NCBI GenBank assembly: GCA_965263035.1 | Contig: OZ253580.1 | Coordinates: 1,696,001 to 1,760,000 of the forward strand | Length of the DNA stretch: 64,000 nt | Reading direction: 5' to 3' | DNA from: Acidobacteriota bacterium | Lineage (GTDB): Bacteria; Acidobacteriota; UBA6911; RPQK01; JAJDTT01 | In this document: positions 59,664-64,000 of the stretch, one piece after another | Numbering within the stretch: position 1 is the stretch's first letter | Layout of the letters: each line of letters starts with the position of its first letter | The notes under the pieces: model-generated | The model's input: the letters and a program-made list of their open reading frames with translations, nothing else | Told to the model about the DNA's origin: nothing | The model's database searches: none | Made by a program: the position numbers and the translations under genes

Positions 59664-60647
59664 ATGACACACCCTCCGGACGCGGGTTCAAACGGACCGC
59701 TCGCCCCTTTCCACGAGGTCCGGATCGGCCGCGACGATCCGGCGGAGACCCGACGCTCCTATGACGAGAACGGCTACCTCTTTTTCAAGGGCGCCCTCAA
59801 TGCGGACACCGTGCTCAGAGCGAAAGAGGACATTGCCGGCGTTCTGCAACAGCAGAGCTACATGCAGAAGGGTTCAGCCGAACCGCGGCCGACTCCTGGC
59901 GCCAGCGCCGTCGAGGTCGACTACGGGCCCCTCTACCGGCTGAAATCTCCCTGGGAGCTGATGGCTTCTCCGGAACTCCAGGAGGCCGTCGATATCGCTT
60001 ATGGAGAGAAGGTGCGGGTCGGACGGTCTATCGGATTCCGTTACTCCATGCCCACCGATGCTCCCTATCTCACGCCCCCTCATCAGGACCACTTCTATAT
60101 CCGGGAGACGGATGAGTTCCGCATGATCTGGATTCCCCTGATGGATATGGAGATCGCCAACGGAGGACTGGCGATCGCGGCCGACTCCCACAAGCACGGC
60201 CTTCAGGAACATGTCGAATTCGACGGAGTCTACTCCTATTTATTCAAGGGACGGCCGCAAAAGGGAGTGCGTCCCGAAGCCATCCGCGGCATTTGGACCT
60301 CGTCGCGGTTCGAAGTGGGCGATCTCCTCATGTTCCACAGTTGCGCGGTCCATCGAGCGCTCCCCAACACCAGCGGCCTGGTCAGACTCTCGCTCAACAC
60401 CATCACCTACCCGGCGCGAAGGCCGACGATGTGGCAGGCCGAGAGAACCGGGCCGGAACTGGAAGTCTTCCGCGAGCGCATTAAGCGGATCTGCGACGCC
60501 GAGGGCATCGTCGGCGACCGGTTCGAAGAGATCCAGATCATGGCCTTCAAGCAGGGGGAGGATCCGAGTCCGGAATTGGTCGCGAAGCTGGCCGCGCAGT
60601 TGGAGGGAGCGGCGGTTTCTAACCGCCGAACTCCCAAAGCAGGTTGA
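59664..60647 (+). CDS. PhyH-family Fe(II)/2-oxoglutarate dioxygenase
   Basis: NGYLFF, PPHQD, WIPL, GGLAIA.DSH, GDLLMFH...VH, RLS. Confidence 0.9.
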   Translation: MTHPPDAGSNGPLAPFHEVRIGRDDPAETRRSYDENGYLFFKGALNADTVLRAKEDIAGVLQQQSYMQKGSAEPRPTPGASAVEVDYGPLYRLKSPWELMASPELQEAVDIAYGEKVRVGRSIGFRYSMPTDAPYLTPPHQDHFYIRETDEFRMIWIPLMDMEIANGGLAIAADSHKHGLQEHVEFDGVYSYLFKGRPQKGVRPEAIRGIWTSSRFEVGDLLMFHSCAVHRALPNTSGLVRLSLNTITYPARRPTMWQAERTGPELEVFRERIKRICDAEGIVGDRFEEIQIMAFKQGEDPSPELVAKLAAQLEGAAVSNRRTPKAG

Positions 60648-60713
60648 GGCAAGAAAGAATGCGGGCGTGACGAATGGGAAATGAAGAATGGGGGACAGGA
60701 ATGTCCCCCCTCC
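60606..60713. repeat. REPIN overlapping the 3' end of a PhyH gene
   Basis: GGAG-CGGCGGTTTCTAACCGCCG ... GGGGGACAGGAATGTCCCCC-CTCC. Confidence 0.8.
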
Positions 60714-60725
60714 ATGCCCCCCCTC

Positions 60726-61541
60726 CTAGATTCTCAACCGGCAGACAACGCCCACATCGTCGCAATACCACAGGACGCCGTCCCGGATGGTCATCCCGTG
60801 GGGTAGCGGATCGTCATCCGCGAGCTGGATCTTCTCGACGACCTCTCCGCTGTCGGGATCGTGCTTGAAGAAGGCGTTGTGGTTGGTGTCCGTACACCAC
60901 AGATATCTGCCTTCCCAGCCGATCCCATGGGGACGGTTGCCGTAGGTTGGGAAACGCTGCTCGACGATCCAGCTCTCGGGATCGATGCGGTAGATCATTC
61001 GTGACGGCGGGACCGCCATCCAGAGCTTGCTGTCCCGCCATTCGAGACCGTGAGCGCCGGTTCCGGCACGGGGACTGGCATCGTAGACAGCAGGCGCGGG
61101 CTGCCCGCTCGGCGAAGGCTCCGGAGGGGGTGCGAGCGGACTCTGCCGGTTGGGAGGATCCGAAGGCATTTTGTAGATCACACCCGCCCCCGGCGTGAAA
61201 AACTTCGCCATCGTCTTGCCGTTGGACGCGTCGGCGCGGATGATCTCCCGGCTGTAGGTCGACGCTATCCAGATCGCCTCCCCGTCGAAAGTGATCCCGC
61301 TGGGGCCAACGGACTCGGTCTCGAAGTCGCGCAGGACCTTGCCGTCTTCGTAGCGGACGAGGAAGACGCGGCCATCATCCGCGCCGATGATCCAGAGGCC
61401 TTCCCGCGTGGCCTGCAGACCGTTGGGGTGGGGACCGGGGCTCTTGAAGACGGTCTCTACCCGGCCGGCGTCGCGCACCGGCACTTTGCCCATCACCGGG
61501 GCGGCGGCCATGAATGCCAGGAACTGTCTGCGTACCATCAT
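60726..61541 (-). CDS. Tat-exported beta-propeller protein (Vgb/glutaminyl cyclase-like repeats)
   Basis: RRQFL; repeated PNGL/PSGITFDG/AHGLEW/PHGIGW/PHGMT blades. Confidence 0.7.
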   Translation of the reverse strand: MMVRRQFLAFMAAAPVMGKVPVRDAGRVETVFKSPGPHPNGLQATREGLWIIGADDGRVFLVRYEDGKVLRDFETESVGPSGITFDGEAIWIASTYSREIIRADASNGKTMAKFFTPGAGVIYKMPSDPPNRQSPLAPPPEPSPSGQPAPAVYDASPRAGTGAHGLEWRDSKLWMAVPPSRMIYRIDPESWIVEQRFPTYGNRPHGIGWEGRYLWCTDTNHNAFFKHDPDSGEVVEKIQLADDDPLPHGMTIRDGVLWYCDDVGVVCRLRI

Positions 61542-61552
61542 TCGACTTGCCT

Positions 61553-63439
61553 CTATCCGGGAGTTTCCAATCTGAGATCCCACCCGTCCAGAATCCACAT
61601 TCGGCTCGCGGCCGGGAGCAGGCTGGGCTTCCCCTTCCGGACCCATTCCTCCACCTCGGAGCGGTGCCCGATGCGAGCCGCCCGCCGCCACCGGCCCACG
61701 CCTCCCGTCCGCCCCAGGCCGTCCCAGAAAAAAAAGCGCTCCACGCCGGACTGGTACAGGCGATAAGCCAGGTCGTAGTACTCACGCGAAGTCAGATCCC
61801 GCGGCATCAAGTTGAGCGCCAAGGTGCAATCGGTACCCTTGACCAACGACACGAAGTGCTCGACGTCCTTCGGATCATCCCAGGCGGGCACGAAGCTGTT
61901 CAGCCGGACCGATGAGGAATAGGGGACCAGCGTGTCCACCAGACCCTCCCGGACCCAGGTCTTCAGGTCCATGCCATGCAGGATGTTCTCACCCGGCCGG
62001 CACACGACTGCGGTCACGGCCAGCCGGCTGCGCCCCTGCTCACGCTCCACTTCGTCCAGCATCGCCCGCAACTCCCGCATGAACCGGGTCAGGAAGGTGG
62101 ACCGGTATTGAAGCCACCGTTCATCCAGAGAATCCAACTCCCTGGGATCCTCCCCGTACTCGGCCTGGAAACCCTCCACGATGGGAGCCTCATAGGCCAG
62201 CAGCGGCGGCCGGCGATTGTAGAGGAGGGCCACTCCGTCAATGGCGTAGTTGGACGCCATCTCACGAAACAGGGACAGGACGTACTTTCGAGTTTCGGGA
62301 AAGGCATAGGAGATCCGGGGCAGCGGGTTGCCCTCGCGATCGACGCACACCAGTTCGGGATGCTGCTCGAAGAAGCTGCCTTTGGTTTCGGAATAATGAG
62401 GAACCGGGAAGCGGAAGCCTGCCACCCGGTAGGCGGCGTGGAGCTCGATGCCATGCTCATGCGCGAATTCCACCGCCACCTCCAAGGGTTCGACCCCGGT
62501 CTTTTGGTAGGCCTGCCAAGTCTTGGATTCGACCCCGTCGTAGGCGCGGCCGTAAAAGGGTTTGTCCGGATCGTCTCCGTGGTTATGAGTCTCGGTTGGT
62601 TGCCGGCCGATACTGGAGGAATAGAAGACCCGGTCCCCCATGCCCGTTTCCCAGTAGAGGCGGGCCACATCCCCATGGCGGAGCGGGTCCAAAAGGGAGA
62701 GGAGAGTCTCCTTGGCGCCGGATTCGTTGGAGATCCCGGGATCGATGTGGACAAACAGCCGCTTGTGTACCGGGTTGGTGCGATCCGCTTCGAATTCCCT
62801 AACCTGCTCCTCCGACAGGGGCACCAGCTTGACGAACGCCAGCCACGCTTCGCGAATCTGGGGAAAAGTGATCTGGCGGAAATGAATGGCCTGTCCCGTC
62901 AGGTCGGCCGTCTTCCAATAGACCTCGTACAGCCGGTTTTCCTGGTGATCCTTGCCTCCCTCGCGTCCCTCCAATGTCGCAAAAGAAGCGTCTCGAGAGA
63001 GTCTGACGTCGACCGCTTTGGTCCCTTCGAAGGGTTTCTGATAGATGCCGATGTAGATTCGATGCCAGCCAGTGCGGTTCAGGGAATAGGTAATCTCCGG
63101 AGCTCGACTGTCGTGCATGGCCAGCAGCAGAGTGCCGGAGAAGGTCCGGCTGGGATCGGGCGTCTGCCGAAACGCGTCGCGAATCGACTGGATGTCAATG
63201 GCTTGAGCATCCCGTTCGGCGGTGTAGTCGACAACGCGCCAGGCACCATGTTTCCACTCCCGGGAAAGAGAGGACTGGGGCTCCGACCGGTCCAGGTCGC
63301 TCAGATAGATGGCTTCCGAAGATGCGGTTTCCAATTGTTCAGTAGCCGGCGTGGACGCGGGACCGTCGTTTCCGGTCTCCGAACAGGACGCGACCAGAAA
63401 AAGCGTCACGATCGGCAGGAATCTGTTCCGTAGCAGCAT
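61553..63439 (-). CDS. Glycosyl hydrolase-like 10 (GHL10-type) lipoprotein
   Basis: LVASC lipobox, FAHEHGIELHAAYR, FFEQHPE, SYAFPETR......EMA.NY.IDGV.L. Confidence 0.7.
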   Translation of the reverse strand: MLLRNRFLPIVTLFLVASCSETGNDGPASTPATEQLETASSEAIYLSDLDRSEPQSSLSREWKHGAWRVVDYTAERDAQAIDIQSIRDAFRQTPDPSRTFSGTLLLAMHDSRAPEITYSLNRTGWHRIYIGIYQKPFEGTKAVDVRLSRDASFATLEGREGGKDHQENRLYEVYWKTADLTGQAIHFRQITFPQIREAWLAFVKLVPLSEEQVREFEADRTNPVHKRLFVHIDPGISNESGAKETLLSLLDPLRHGDVARLYWETGMGDRVFYSSSIGRQPTETHNHGDDPDKPFYGRAYDGVESKTWQAYQKTGVEPLEVAVEFAHEHGIELHAAYRVAGFRFPVPHYSETKGSFFEQHPELVCVDREGNPLPRISYAFPETRKYVLSLFREMASNYAIDGVALLYNRRPPLLAYEAPIVEGFQAEYGEDPRELDSLDERWLQYRSTFLTRFMRELRAMLDEVEREQGRSRLAVTAVVCRPGENILHGMDLKTWVREGLVDTLVPYSSSVRLNSFVPAWDDPKDVEHFVSLVKGTDCTLALNLMPRDLTSREYYDLAYRLYQSGVERFFFWDGLGRTGGVGRWRRAARIGHRSEVEEWVRKGKPSLLPAASRMWILDGWDLRLETPG

Positions 63440-63644
63440 GGTTGAAGCTCCGCGGGATGACGCCGTACGGCAGTCAGTTCCACCCAGCATTCCAAAGCGA
63501 ATTTGGGCGGATGTGAATCTCCCGGCCCCCTGAAGGCCGGCGAGCATCTGACGAGCATCCTAACAGGGGACCGCCATGCGCGGGAACCTTCTGATCTCCT
63601 CCACTTCCCTGCAAGTCGGATATGATCCGGTTTGGAGCGACCGG

Positions 63645-64000
63645 ATGAAGACCATGTCCAAGAGACGGGATTTCATCAAGGGGGTGGCTGGATTGGCGGC
63701 GGGTCTTCTCACCGGATCCTGCCTCAGCGAAACGTCTGAATGGCGGAACCGCCAACCCGGGAGCGACCGGTCCGAAGGCGGCAACCCGGCGCGAAAGGAA
63801 TGGGCCATGATCGTCGACTCACACGCCTACGTGTTTCCACCCGGGGACGAGCCTGCGGGCCACGCCAGCCCCGAAGAACATCTCGCCTGGATCCAGGCGG
63901 CCCACGCGGGACATCATCAGCCGGCCTGGAGAGTCCGGGACCGGGCCCCGGCCTCGTCCAGGCCTCTGGCGCCGGGGGGATTCAAGAGCCTGTCCGAGTT
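63645..64000 (+). CDS. Tat-exported amidohydrolase-like protein (truncated by window edge)
   Basis: Manual translation MKTMSKRRDFIKGVAGL...MIVDSHAYVFPP, open to the window end. Confidence 0.65.
   Translation, partial: MKTMSKRRDFIKGVAGLAAGLLTGSCLSETSEWRNRQPGSDRSEGGNPARKEWAMIVDSHAYVFPPGDEPAGHASPEEHLAWIQAAHAGHHQPAWRVRDRAPASSRPLAPGGFKSLSE

Overview
GC-rich bacterial chromosome segment, probably Acidobacteriota (inferred from two GWxTD proteins, two Oar-like TonB-dependent receptors and a PVC-type CxxCH protein); eukaryote-like LRR/MORN proteins suggest a host-associated lifestyle such as a sponge symbiont (inference). Most genes are secreted catabolic enzymes (four CocE/NonD hydrolases, a sulfatase, a DMFase-like protein, ceramidase-like and propeller hydrolases) plus soxBDAG, a homocysteine methyltransferase and two PhyH dioxygenases. 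The strongest result is a complete IS110 element (49803-51354) inserted at a CT core in a REP array. Its left end folds into a bridge RNA whose four guides match its own target and donor sites, and its 424-nt right end is unusually long and structured. Also present: an IS1595 element splitting a gene and carrying a deleted MTase/Mrr-like passenger, two CTAG-targeting MITE families, a GGAG-type REP/REPIN family, a VapBC-type module flanked by a diverged duplicate of the sulfatase 3' end, and two tandem variable-LRR surface proteins. No rRNA, tRNA or CRISPR array was seen. All annotations come from manual reading; no database search was run.
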